From Terriglobales bacterium (GTDB lineage: Bacteria > Acidobacteriota > Terriglobia > Terriglobales > SCQP01), in assembly GCA_050747745.1 (NCBI GenBank), contig JBOGKM010000110.1, positions 40,587-104,586 of the forward strand: a stretch of 64,000 bases of DNA. Reading direction: 5' to 3'. The notes below the pieces were generated by a model that saw only the letters and a program-made list of their open reading frames with translations, did not search any database and was not told the DNA's origin. Positions 26,127 through 34,408 of this stretch are shown here, one piece after another. The translations under genes and the position numbers were made by a program. The stretch's first letter is position 1. Each line of letters starts with the position of its first letter.

Positions 26127-27707
26127 TTAAAGATTGCGAGAACGGCGGGCACGTCCGCGCCGGCCGAAGCGAGGGATGGCATGCACCGGATGCGGGAGCG
26201 CGACCGGCGTATCCGCTTCCGGCCCGCGTCCTTGACGGGCATGATTGGCCTCGCGCAGCCGGCGCTCGCTGATGTGGTTGCGGCGGGCCAGCCCGCGCCA
26301 ACTGTCGCCGGCTTTGGCCCAGTGCAACCGCCAGTAAACCCGGTCCAGCGGCGGAATCCGTTCTAAACCCTCTTCATAGCGCGCGCGGGTGCCTTGCGGC
26401 AGTTTCAGGACGTAGCCCTTGGGGATCAAATCCTCCAGCAGCGCCGGGTTTAGGCGTTGCAAATCTGCCACAGTCACGTCGGCGCACTCCGCCGCCAGCC
26501 GCAGGTCTTCCTGATCGCTGATGGGAACGCGGTCGGGGCTGAGCGGAGGGTCGGGATCGGGGGCAGCAACGTCGTACTGTTGCGGGTTTTGGGCGATCAG
26601 GGCGATGGCCAGAATGACGGGCACGTAATTGCGCCAACTGCGCGGCAGAGCGCCCATTTTGTAAAGCTTGAAATAGTTGGCATAGCCGGTACGGGCCACG
26701 ATGTCTTCAATCACGCCCGGCCCAGTGTTGTAGGCCGCCATGGCGAGATACCAGTTGCCGAAGCGGGCGTAGAGGGATTTGAGGTGTTTGGCGGCGGCCT
26801 CGGTTGCCATCCTCGGATCCATGCGCTCGTCAATCCAATGGTTGCGTTTGAGGCCGTACTCGGCGGCGCGGGCGGGCATGAACTGCCACATGCCGCGCGC
26901 CCCGGCGCTGGAGGTGAGTTTGGGATTGAAGCCGCTCTCCAGTTGTGCCAAATAGAGCAGGTCGGTGGGAATGCCAGCCGCACTGAAGATCTTGTCCACC
27001 ATGGCGCGATAGCGGCCGGAGCGCCGGAACCCCTGCAGCAGATCGCCCCGTCCGCGGGTGGTGAAGTAATGAATGTAGCGCAGGACGGGGTCATTGATGA
27101 CCAGCGGCAGTTGACCGCGCAGCTGGCGCGAAAGCGCTTCTCGAGATTGCGCCTCCAGCCTGGCCTTGGTGGCCGGATCGAGCGGAAACGTCATCTGCAG
27201 GATTTGGCTGAGCGCGGGCCGGGGCTGTCCCTGTGACAGACCTCCGGCGGGCAGAGCATCGCTTTCCACGGCCTGCATGCGATCCAGCAGAGAGTGGAGT
27301 TCGGTTTGCAGGCGCGGGGTCGCGGGGATGTTGTAGTTGCTGGCCAGGAGATGATCGAGGGCGGCATTGAAGCCTTGGCGCGCCTCATCCAGCTCGCCCT
27401 GGCGGTCCAGCAGCAGCGCCGCCTGATACTGCTGCTCGACGGCATGGATGAGGGCGGCTATCGGGTCGGGGCGCGGTGGGGGTGCGGGCGCAGCGGGACT
27501 GGCCGCCGCCATTTTGGGAGGGATAGGCAAAGCCGGGGAAGGGCGCGAAGGTACCAAAACTGCCGGCGGGGAATGGGGTAGGGCGGCAGGCACGACCGCC
27601 GCCGGCGATCGCGGCCGCACGCGGCAACCCACAGCACCGGCTGCCAGCAGCGCCAGAACGGCCATGGCGCCGGCATGGACCGCCGTGGTTGGCTTGGCCC
27701 CGATCAC
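26127..27707 (-). CDS. MltD-like lytic transglycosylase with two LysM-like domains
   Basis: SLT catalytic region LYLAQLESGFNP..GARGMWQFMP..AAYNTGPG. LysM-like segments lie near the C-terminus. A possible lipobox AVGC lies near the N-terminus. Confidence 0.85.
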   Translation of the reverse strand: MIGAKPTTAVHAGAMAVLALLAAGAVGCRVRPRSPAAVVPAALPHSPPAVLVPSRPSPALPIPPKMAAASPAAPAPPPRPDPIAALIHAVEQQYQAALLLDRQGELDEARQGFNAALDHLLASNYNIPATPRLQTELHSLLDRMQAVESDALPAGGLSQGQPRPALSQILQMTFPLDPATKARLEAQSREALSRQLRGQLPLVINDPVLRYIHYFTTRGRGDLLQGFRRSGRYRAMVDKIFSAAGIPTDLLYLAQLESGFNPKLTSSAGARGMWQFMPARAAEYGLKRNHWIDERMDPRMATEAAAKHLKSLYARFGNWYLAMAAYNTGPGVIEDIVARTGYANYFKLYKMGALPRSWRNYVPVILAIALIAQNPQQYDVAAPDPDPPLSPDRVPISDQEDLRLAAECADVTVADLQRLNPALLEDLIPKGYVLKLPQGTRARYEEGLERIPPLDRVYWRLHWAKAGDSWRGLARRNHISERRLREANHARQGRGPEADTPVALPHPVHAIPRFGRRGRARRSRNL

Positions 27708-28735
27708 GCTCGCTGGGGCACCACCTGGGTTGATCCGCGGCGCCGCGCGGGCGGGGGCAAGGGTAGCTGGCGGCGCAGCAGGGTGGGCCAGTCGGGCATG
27801 CGCCGCAGCTCGGCTTCGGCCTGTTCCAACGAGGCGCGCACGTCGATTTCGCTGCGATGGGAGAGCTGCGCCAGTTCGTGGGGCCGGAACCCTTCCAGCA
27901 GATAGAGCACCAGATCGTGGCGCTGCAGCAGCGGCAAGCGGGCGAGGGCACTAATCAGGCGCCGCATGGCTTCGACGGCGGCGGCGTTTTCTTCCGGGTC
28001 GGCCTCGGCGGAGCGCAAGCGATCCTCCAGGCGGTGCTGCTCCTCGAGCTCATCCCCTTCCATCTCCGGTCCTGCCTCGGCGTCTTCGAGCGAGCGCAAT
28101 TGCAGGCCATGGCGGCGCTCGCCGTAGTCTTTGGTGAGTGTGCGGATGGCGGTGGCGCACAGCACCAGCAGCCAGCGGCCACGATGCAATTGCATCTCGG
28201 CCGGGCGGGCATCCAAGGCCGCCACCACCACTTCATTCAGCACCTCGGCGGGCTCCAGCCAGCCGCGCGGCAGCTCGCCCAGTTGCTCGCGCAAGGCGAT
28301 CTGGCGGCGGACAAAGGCGAGCAGGTGATCATAGTGACCGCCGAAATAGGCAGCCAAATCCGCCTGACGCTGCTCGCCGGTGACCGGTGCGGGCCGCGGC
28401 GGCATCCACGCCCGTCCCGGCCGGAAACGCGGGCGGGTCTCGCGCAGGCGTTGCTTGTGGCGATGCAGTTGCCGGACCAGGTCCTCGGCGGCAGCCCGCA
28501 GAGCCGCCGCCGGCGCGGCCGCCGTGGTTTCACTGCTCATCTGCCCGGTGGGCAAATGCAGGTTGAGGCGGCAGCAGACGCCCTCGCGGCTGGTGTGGCG
28601 CACCAGCCGGCCCTGTAACTGCACCAATTCGGGCTGAAACACCAACAGCAGAGAATCCAGCTTGTGCTGCAGACGGTCCAGCATCTGGTTCAAGTCGGGC
28701 GAGCGGGAAACTTGCACGGTAATGTGAAGGTTCAT
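27704..28735 (-). CDS. HPF/RaiA-like N-terminal domain fused to an ECF-sigma-like (region 2 + region 4) domain
   Basis: Start taken at ATG 28735 (MNLHITVQVS). The first ~100 aa follow the S30AE/HPF pattern (..VCCRLNLHLPTGQMSSE...AALRAAAEDLVRQLHRHKQRL). The C-terminus carries a region-4 HTH: LPLLQRHDLVLYLLEGFRPHELAQLSHRSEIDVRASLEQAEAEL. Confidence 0.6.
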   Translation of the reverse strand: MNLHITVQVSRSPDLNQMLDRLQHKLDSLLLVFQPELVQLQGRLVRHTSREGVCCRLNLHLPTGQMSSETTAAAPAAALRAAAEDLVRQLHRHKQRLRETRPRFRPGRAWMPPRPAPVTGEQRQADLAAYFGGHYDHLLAFVRRQIALREQLGELPRGWLEPAEVLNEVVVAALDARPAEMQLHRGRWLLVLCATAIRTLTKDYGERRHGLQLRSLEDAEAGPEMEGDELEEQHRLEDRLRSAEADPEENAAAVEAMRRLISALARLPLLQRHDLVLYLLEGFRPHELAQLSHRSEIDVRASLEQAEAELRRMPDWPTLLRRQLPLPPPARRRGSTQVVPQRA

Positions 28736-28757
28736 CGAGTTGCCCTTTCCAGGATCA

Positions 28758-29570
28758 CTACGCTGTTCGACGCCGGGCCAAGGTGGCCGGGGTGCGAGAT
28801 TCTGCCGGCGGCAGCCGCAGCCGGGCGGCCGGCTGCCGCCGCCGGTAGCGCCACAGCCCCTCGCCAACGGCGAGGGTGCCGGAATAGGCAATGCCGGACT
28901 TAGCCGCCAGGCCATAACCGGCGGGAATCAAGCTCACCAACTCCCGCGCCAGCGCACGCCATCCGAACGCCCCGGCCAGAATCACCCCAATGGGGCCGGC
29001 CTGGGCCCGCCAACCTACCACTTCTCCGCGCAGCGCCGCCAGTTCGAAAGCCAATCCGATCTGATTGGCGGTAAGCAGCACCGTATCCGAACCCATTTCG
29101 CCCAGCGCCAGCACCAGGCTGAGCGGGTTGGGAATGACCTCTGGAAGCGCGCTGATGGCCGCCAGCGCGGCGTTGCGCGCGGCTACGGCCTGAATCAAAT
29201 CCCGCGCCAACAGGGCACGCAGGGGAGGAAACGCCCGGCCGAGAGCGAGCCGATAGCGCGGATAAGCGCGCAACAGCTCGCGCAGGCCGTTTTCCGGCTC
29301 CCGCCAATCCACCACCACCCCGGCGCCGCCCAGCACCCGCAGCCCGCGCACCTTGACCTCGGCGCCCGCCCCCGAGGTGACGATGTGCTCAATGGCGCGG
29401 TCGCGCTCGCGGCCGCCGAGATCGTCAGGAACGAACACACGGGATAATGCTTCCCGCTCGTCCTCATCACTGGCCTCGATCTCCAAGTGAAAACGCCGTT
29501 CCGCATCCTGGCGAATGCGCGACGGCTTCAGCGAGCGTGCCTTGCGCAGGCTCTGGTTGACAACGCCCAT
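28758..29570 (-). CDS. Hypothetical membrane-associated protein (weak DUF697/YcjF-like resemblance)
   Basis: Start taken at ATG 29570 (MGVVNQS). Gly/Ala-rich hydrophobic segments ALAAISALPEVIPNPLSLVLALGEMGSD..LLTANQIGL. It lies 22 nt upstream of the HPF-sigma gene. Confidence 0.45.
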   Translation of the reverse strand: MGVVNQSLRKARSLKPSRIRQDAERRFHLEIEASDEDEREALSRVFVPDDLGGRERDRAIEHIVTSGAGAEVKVRGLRVLGGAGVVVDWREPENGLRELLRAYPRYRLALGRAFPPLRALLARDLIQAVAARNAALAAISALPEVIPNPLSLVLALGEMGSDTVLLTANQIGLAFELAALRGEVVGWRAQAGPIGVILAGAFGWRALARELVSLIPAGYGLAAKSGIAYSGTLAVGEGLWRYRRRQPAARLRLPPAESRTPATLARRRTA

Positions 29571-29687
29571 GCCAACACCCCCATTCCACCGACAACTGCC
29601 CCTTATGATGCACCCATTCCGGGAGAGTTGTTGCCCAGCAACTTCGCCGCGGTCACCCGCGGGTACAATGCCCAAGGAGGCTACGCG

Positions 29688-29957
29688 ATGGCCGCGGCAC
29701 GCTTCGAAGTCTTTGGGAGGGTGCAGGGAGTTGGCTTTCGATTTTTCGCCCAGCGCCAGGCGCAGACTTTACGCCTGCGTGGCTGGGTGCGCAATCGCGA
29801 CGATACAGCGGTTGAAGTGTACGCTGAAGGCAGCGAGCATGCGCTCGACGAGTTCGAACGGGAATTGCGCCGCGGCCCGGCCACGGCCAGCGTCAGTCGA
29901 CTGGTGCGGCGGCCGGCAGAGACGAGCTCGCTTTCCGATTTCCAGATTCGCATCTGA
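29688..29957 (+). CDS. acyP: Acylphosphatase
   Basis: VFGRVQGVGFRFFAQRQA..LRGWVRN..D..VEVYAEG, the classic acylphosphatase signature. 89 aa from ATG 29688. Confidence 0.85.
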   Translation: MAAARFEVFGRVQGVGFRFFAQRQAQTLRLRGWVRNRDDTAVEVYAEGSEHALDEFERELRRGPATASVSRLVRRPAETSSLSDFQIRI

Positions 29958-29975
29958 AAGGAGACCTAACCCGAC

Positions 29976-30521
29976 ATGGCCACAGCGCCGCGGAACGCTT
30001 GTGAGGACCTCAAAAATTACGTCCGTGAAGTGCCGGATTTTCCCAAACCCGGCATTTTGTTCTATGACATCACTACGCTGTTGAAGGAGGCGGCGCCGTT
30101 TGCACGACTGATCGATACGCTTGCCGGGCACTACCAGGATCAAAAAATCGCTCTGGTGGCTGGCATTGAAGCGCGCGGTTTCATCTTTGGACCGGCGCTG
30201 GCGTACCAGTTGGGGGCGGGTTTTGTGCCCATCCGCAAGCCGCGCAAGCTGCCCGCGCCGGTAGCGGCGGTCGACTACAGCCTGGAATATGGAACCGATC
30301 GCATCGAGGTGCATCGTGACGCCGTTTCGGCAGGCCAGCGGGTGCTGATCGTGGACGACTTGATTGCCACCGGCGGCACGGCCGTGGCCAGTGCGCAACT
30401 GATTGAACAGTTGGACGGCGTCGTCGCCGGACTGGCGTTTATCGTCGAGCTGACGTTTTTGCATGGGCGCGACAAGCTGGCGCGTTACGACGTGTTCTCG
30501 CTGCTGCGCTACGACCGATGA
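29976..30521 (+). CDS. apt: Adenine phosphoribosyltransferase
   Basis: VPDFPKPGILFYDIT, GIEARGFIFG and the PRPP motif VLIVDDLIATGGT. Confidence 0.9.
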   Translation: MATAPRNACEDLKNYVREVPDFPKPGILFYDITTLLKEAAPFARLIDTLAGHYQDQKIALVAGIEARGFIFGPALAYQLGAGFVPIRKPRKLPAPVAAVDYSLEYGTDRIEVHRDAVSAGQRVLIVDDLIATGGTAVASAQLIEQLDGVVAGLAFIVELTFLHGRDKLARYDVFSLLRYDR

Positions 30522-31258
30522 AGGCGGAGCGAATACTGGCGGGCGTGCATGCCGTCGAGGAAGCGCTCCGGGCGGGAACGCCGCTGCGCTTCGTGGCCTT
30601 CAGTCGCGAGCGGCGCGATGCGCGGATAGGCGAGCTGATGCGCGCGGCGCGCGCCGCGGGCTTTGCGGTGCGAGTGGAACCCCGGGCAGCGCTGGACCGG
30701 ATGGCGGGCGGCTGCCAGCACCAGGGCGTGGTCGGCGTGGCGGCCGCCAAAGCCGTGCCGACATTGGAAGATTTGCTGGCGAACGCGCCGTGGAAGCTGC
30801 TGGTGGCCTGCGATGGGATTGAAGATCCACACAATTTGGGTGCCATTGTGCGCGCCGCTTGCGGGGCCGGCGTGGACGGGATGATCCTGCCGGAGCGGCG
30901 CTCGGTGGGCCTGACGGCCAGCGTCGAGCGGGTTTCGGCGGGCGCGCTGGAACATGTGAGGGTGGCGCAGGTGGGCAATCTGGCGCGGGCCCTGGAGCAG
31001 TGCAAGGCGGCGGGCTGGTGGATTGTGGGCCTGGAAGCGGAGGCCGTCACGCCACTTTGGGAGCATGACTTCGGTTCACCAACGGTGCTGGTGGTGGGCG
31101 CCGAAGGGCGCGGGTTGCACGCGCTCACCCGCAAGCTCTGCGATGCGCGCGTGCGCATTCCACTGGCCGCCGGCGTGGACTCGCTCAATGCCTCTGTGGC
31201 TACGGCGGTGACGCTGTTTGAAGTCGTGCGCCAGCGCTCACTCGGCACGCAGCACTGA
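30518..31258 (+). CDS. rlmB: 23S rRNA (guanosine-2'-O)-methyltransferase, TrmH/SpoU family (RlmB-like)
   Basis: SpoU motifs DGIEDPHNLGAIVR, LVVGAEGRGL and IPLAAGVDSLNASVA. It overlaps the apt stop (ATGA). Confidence 0.8.
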   Translation: MKAERILAGVHAVEEALRAGTPLRFVAFSRERRDARIGELMRAARAAGFAVRVEPRAALDRMAGGCQHQGVVGVAAAKAVPTLEDLLANAPWKLLVACDGIEDPHNLGAIVRAACGAGVDGMILPERRSVGLTASVERVSAGALEHVRVAQVGNLARALEQCKAAGWWIVGLEAEAVTPLWEHDFGSPTVLVVGAEGRGLHALTRKLCDARVRIPLAAGVDSLNASVATAVTLFEVVRQRSLGTQH

Positions 31259-31751
31259 TGCCGGATCCGCGGCGGCGGCGCGGCGGGCGGGCAGAGCGCA
31301 GGCCAGCCAGGCGACGGCCAGCAGAACGCCGGCCGCGGCCGGCAGGATCCAGGGATAGAGCGCAGAAACGCTGTAGAGCTGGATGCTGAGCTGGTTGCGC
31401 AGAACGCGGGCGAGAAGCACGGCGAGGGCGGCGAAGCAGCACGGCGTAGACGACGCTGAACATGGCAGTCGAAGCGCCGATGCCCGAAGCCAGAATCAGG
31501 ATGGTGGTGGCGGCAAAGCCAGGGCGGCGCCAGATGCCGCGCCAGGCGAGGCGGAACTCGCGCAGCCAGAGTTCCAAACGGGCTCTGCGGAGTTCGGCGC
31601 GTACGGCTTCCTTCCACTTCTCTTCCCCGCCGAAAGCCAGAGCCGCCTGGCGCCGCTGGTCGCTTCCCGAGCGCTGCATCGCCTCACGCTCGAGGTGAAA
31701 GGCGAACTCGCGCTCCAGCTCCTGTTCCTGGCGGCGGCGGTGTCCGAACAT
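31238..31751 (-). pseudogene. Remnant of an ADOP-type (FtsX-like duplicated) ABC permease: N-terminal ~105 codons plus C-terminal ~60 codons in a different frame
   Basis: The N-terminal piece MFGHRRRQEQELEREFAFHLE...WRRPGFAATTILILASGIGASTAMFSVVYAVLL matches the conserved ADOP leader plus TM1. The ORF 31238..31420 gives LYSVSALYPWIL...LPARRAAAADPASVLRAE, which matches the FtsX C-terminus. Several hundred residues expected between them are absent and the two pieces are out of frame. Confidence 0.6.
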
Positions 31752-31753
31752 GG

Positions 31754-32095
31754 CTAGGATTCCTCGAGCACGAGGTCCACCGCCCCGCGGAAGCGGCGCC
31801 ATTCGGCACGTTCCTTTTCCAGGCGCCGGCGCCCGGCGGCGGTGAGCGAGTAGAATTTCGCCGGGCGGCCGGTTTCGCTCTGGCGCCAATCGCCGCGGAT
31901 CAGATGCTGACGTTCCAGGCGGTAGAGCGCAGGATAGAGCGACCCCTGCGGAATCTGGAAGGTGGCGCGCGAGCTCTGCTGGATGCGGCGCGCCACCGCC
32001 CAGCCGTGCATCGGCTCCAGCGCCAGCGTGCGCAGGATCAGCAGGCCGAGCGTGCCTGGCAGCAAATCGTGACGGGAAGGCATGATGCCTAGCAT
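31754..32095 (-). CDS. PadR-family transcriptional regulator
   Basis: LLILRTLALEPMHGWAVARRIQ...GSLYPALYRLERQHLI...YSLTAAGR, the PadR winged helix. Start at ATG 32095, or alternatively 32083. Confidence 0.8.
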   Translation of the reverse strand: MLGIMPSRHDLLPGTLGLLILRTLALEPMHGWAVARRIQQSSRATFQIPQGSLYPALYRLERQHLIRGDWRQSETGRPAKFYSLTAAGRRRLEKERAEWRRFRGAVDLVLEES

Positions 32096-32178
32096 AACTG
32101 CATACCTAGAGAGACTGCAAATAGGTAGCGGGGGCGGGCGGGCGGCTGGCATAATGGACTATTCCACCAGGAGAGCCC

Positions 32179-32742
32179 ATGGCACTTTCCGCCAACCAGA
32201 TGCGTCCGGGGATGGTCATCATCCACGACAAGGAACTGTATTCGGTGTTCAGCATCACCCACCGCACCCCCGGCAACCTGCGCGCCTTCGTGCAGGCCAA
32301 GATCCGCAACCTGCGCACCGGCGGACTGATCGAGTACCGGTTCCGCTCCGAAGACCGGATCGAGCGCGCCACGCTGGATGAAGTCGAGATGGAGTATCTG
32401 TACAGCGACGGAGATGCGTTCTATTTCATGAACACGGAAAATTACGAGCAGACGCACCTGGGCCACGACACGCTGGGCGAGGCGGTGAACTACCTGATTC
32501 CCAACCTCAAGATCAACGTCGAGTATTACGAGGGCAAGCCGGTTTCGGTAGCGCTGCCGCAGACGGTGGATCTGGAGGTCACCGAGACCGAGCCCGGCCT
32601 GAAAGGCGCCACGGTGAGCAACGTCACCAAGGCGGCGACGCTGGAGACCGGCCTGGTGGTGCAGGTGCCGCCCTTTGTGGAAACGGGCGAGAGAATCCGT
32701 GTGGGAACCGCCGACGGCAGCTATTTGGAACGGGTGAAGTAG
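32179..32742 (+). CDS. efp: Elongation factor P
   Basis: The typical EF-P sequence runs throughout (RPGMVI..., KIRNLRTG, YLYSDGDAFYFMNTENYEQ, VTETEPGLKGAT). Confidence 0.92.
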   Translation: MALSANQMRPGMVIIHDKELYSVFSITHRTPGNLRAFVQAKIRNLRTGGLIEYRFRSEDRIERATLDEVEMEYLYSDGDAFYFMNTENYEQTHLGHDTLGEAVNYLIPNLKINVEYYEGKPVSVALPQTVDLEVTETEPGLKGATVSNVTKAATLETGLVVQVPPFVETGERIRVGTADGSYLERVK

Positions 32743-32811
32743 CTTTGAGGAAGCACCCGACCGGCCGTTTGGTTATAAAATATTCTGAGAAGAGAAAGGA
32801 CACGCTACGAT

Positions 32812-34395
32812 ATGGCTACTGCACCCGCTGAAACGGTTCCTGGGTTCCCGGAGCTGGACGACGCCCGTCCGATCACTAATCTCGCGCCGGCGGCCTTGAT
32901 CGAACACATTCTCGCGCGCAAAGAAGCGCAGTTGAGCGCCCGCGGTGCGGTCACCGCCGCTACCGGCAAGTTCACCGGCCGCACCCCTCCCAATCGCTTC
33001 ATCATCAAGGACGATCTCACCCGCGACAAGGTCGCCTGGGGGAGCGTGAACCAGCCCATCAGCGAGGAGTCGTTTGAAAAGGTGCGGCGGCGCATGGCGG
33101 CGTATGTCAAAGGCCGCGAAGTCTTTGTCCAGGATCTGTATTCCGGCGGCGACCCCGACTACCGGCTCAAGGTGCGCGTGGTCAACGAGCTGGCTTGGCA
33201 CAACCTGTTCGTCCACCAACTGTTTCTGCGGCCCACGGCGCAGGAGCGGCAATCCTTCAGTCCCGATTTCACCATCGTTTCCATGCCCGGTTGTTCCGCG
33301 GTTCCGACCGAGGACGGCACCCGCACCGGCACCTATATCCTGGTGAACTTCACCCGGCGCCTGATCCTGATCGGCGGCACCTACTATGCCGGCGAGCAGA
33401 AAAAGTCCATTTTCAGCGTGCTGAATTTCCTACTGCCGCTGCGCGGCGTGCTGGGCATGCACTGCTCGGCCAACGTGGGCAAGGACGGAGACGCGGCGAT
33501 ATTTTTTGGCCTTTCCGGCACCGGCAAGACCACGCTGTCGGCCGATCCCGAGCGGCGCCTGATCGGCGATGACGAGCATGGCTGGGGACCGAACGGCGTG
33601 TTCAATTTCGAAGGCGGCTGCTACGCCAAATGCATTCACTTGTCGGAAACGGGCGAACCGCAGATCTGGAACGCCATCCGCTTCGGCACGGTGCTGGAAA
33701 ATGTCGTACTCAATCCCGACACCCGGGTGCCCGACTTCGATGATCAGTCGCGCACCGAAAACACCCGCGCTGCCTACCCGCTGGACTACATTGACGGCGC
33801 GATTTTGAGCTCGCGCGGGCCGCATCCGAAAAACGTGGTGCTGCTCACCGCCGACGCCTTCGGCGTGCTGCCGCCGATCTCGCGCCTGAGCGTGCCGCAG
33901 GCGATGTATCACTTCCTTTCCGGCTACACTGCCAAGCTGGCCGGAACCGAAGTGGGTGTGACCGAACCCAAGGCAACGTTCAGCACCTGTTTTGCCGAAC
34001 CGTTCCTGCCGCTGCCGCCGCGCACCTACGCCACCATGCTGGGCGAGCGCGTGAAGCAACACAAGGCCCAGTGCTGGCTGATCAACACCGGCTGGACCGG
34101 CGGCGGCTACGGCGTGGGCAAGCGCATGTCGCTCGAGCATACCCGCACCATGGTGCGGGCGGCGCTGGCGGGCAAGCTGGGTAACGCCAAATATACGCCG
34201 GAGCCGTTCTTCGGCCTGCCGATTCCCGACCACGTGCCGGGCGTGCCTGACTCGGTGCTGAATCCGCGCACCACCTGGAAGGATGGCGCCGCTTATGAAA
34301 CCGCGGCGGGCAAGCTGGCCCAGCTGTTCCGCGAGAATTTCAAGCAGTTCGAGGGCGTACCGGCGGAAATTCAGGCGGCTGGGCCGAAAGCCTAG
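32812..34395 (+). CDS. pckA: Phosphoenolpyruvate carboxykinase (ATP)
   Basis: Kinase-1a loop FFGLSGTGKTTLSAD, LIGDDEHGW and GGCYAKCI. Confidence 0.92.
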   Translation: MATAPAETVPGFPELDDARPITNLAPAALIEHILARKEAQLSARGAVTAATGKFTGRTPPNRFIIKDDLTRDKVAWGSVNQPISEESFEKVRRRMAAYVKGREVFVQDLYSGGDPDYRLKVRVVNELAWHNLFVHQLFLRPTAQERQSFSPDFTIVSMPGCSAVPTEDGTRTGTYILVNFTRRLILIGGTYYAGEQKKSIFSVLNFLLPLRGVLGMHCSANVGKDGDAAIFFGLSGTGKTTLSADPERRLIGDDEHGWGPNGVFNFEGGCYAKCIHLSETGEPQIWNAIRFGTVLENVVLNPDTRVPDFDDQSRTENTRAAYPLDYIDGAILSSRGPHPKNVVLLTADAFGVLPPISRLSVPQAMYHFLSGYTAKLAGTEVGVTEPKATFSTCFAEPFLPLPPRTYATMLGERVKQHKAQCWLINTGWTGGGYGVGKRMSLEHTRTMVRAALAGKLGNAKYTPEPFFGLPIPDHVPGVPDSVLNPRTTWKDGAAYETAAGKLAQLFRENFKQFEGVPAEIQAAGPKA

Positions 34396-34408
34396 GCAAA
34401 GCTAGGCT
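34389..34408. terminator. Short hairpin spanning both stop codons of convergent pckA and the LytS-like kinase gene
   Basis: AGCCTAG-gcaaag-CTAGGCT, a 7-bp stem. There is no U-tract, so the call is weak. Confidence 0.25.

Noticed and set aside
30439-31617. 392-aa minus-strand ORF covering rlmB
   Set aside because: It is antisense to a well-supported SpoU methyltransferase gene. The product is Arg/Pro/Ala-rich with no motifs. The same reasoning rejects 5553..7118(+), 9545..10861(+), 16542..17459(-), 17239..18294(-), 34498..35730(+), 36510..37634(+), 40357..41460(+), 44294..45094(+), 56422..57792(+), 59377..60294(+), 60858..61796(+) and similar ORFs.
32103-32127. Inverted repeat TACCTA-N13-TAGGTA just upstream of the PadR gene (possible autoregulatory operator)
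   Set aside because: It has only 6-bp arms and a long spacer, and it does not resemble the ATGT/ACAT-type PadR sites I know. It is too weak to call without comparative data.
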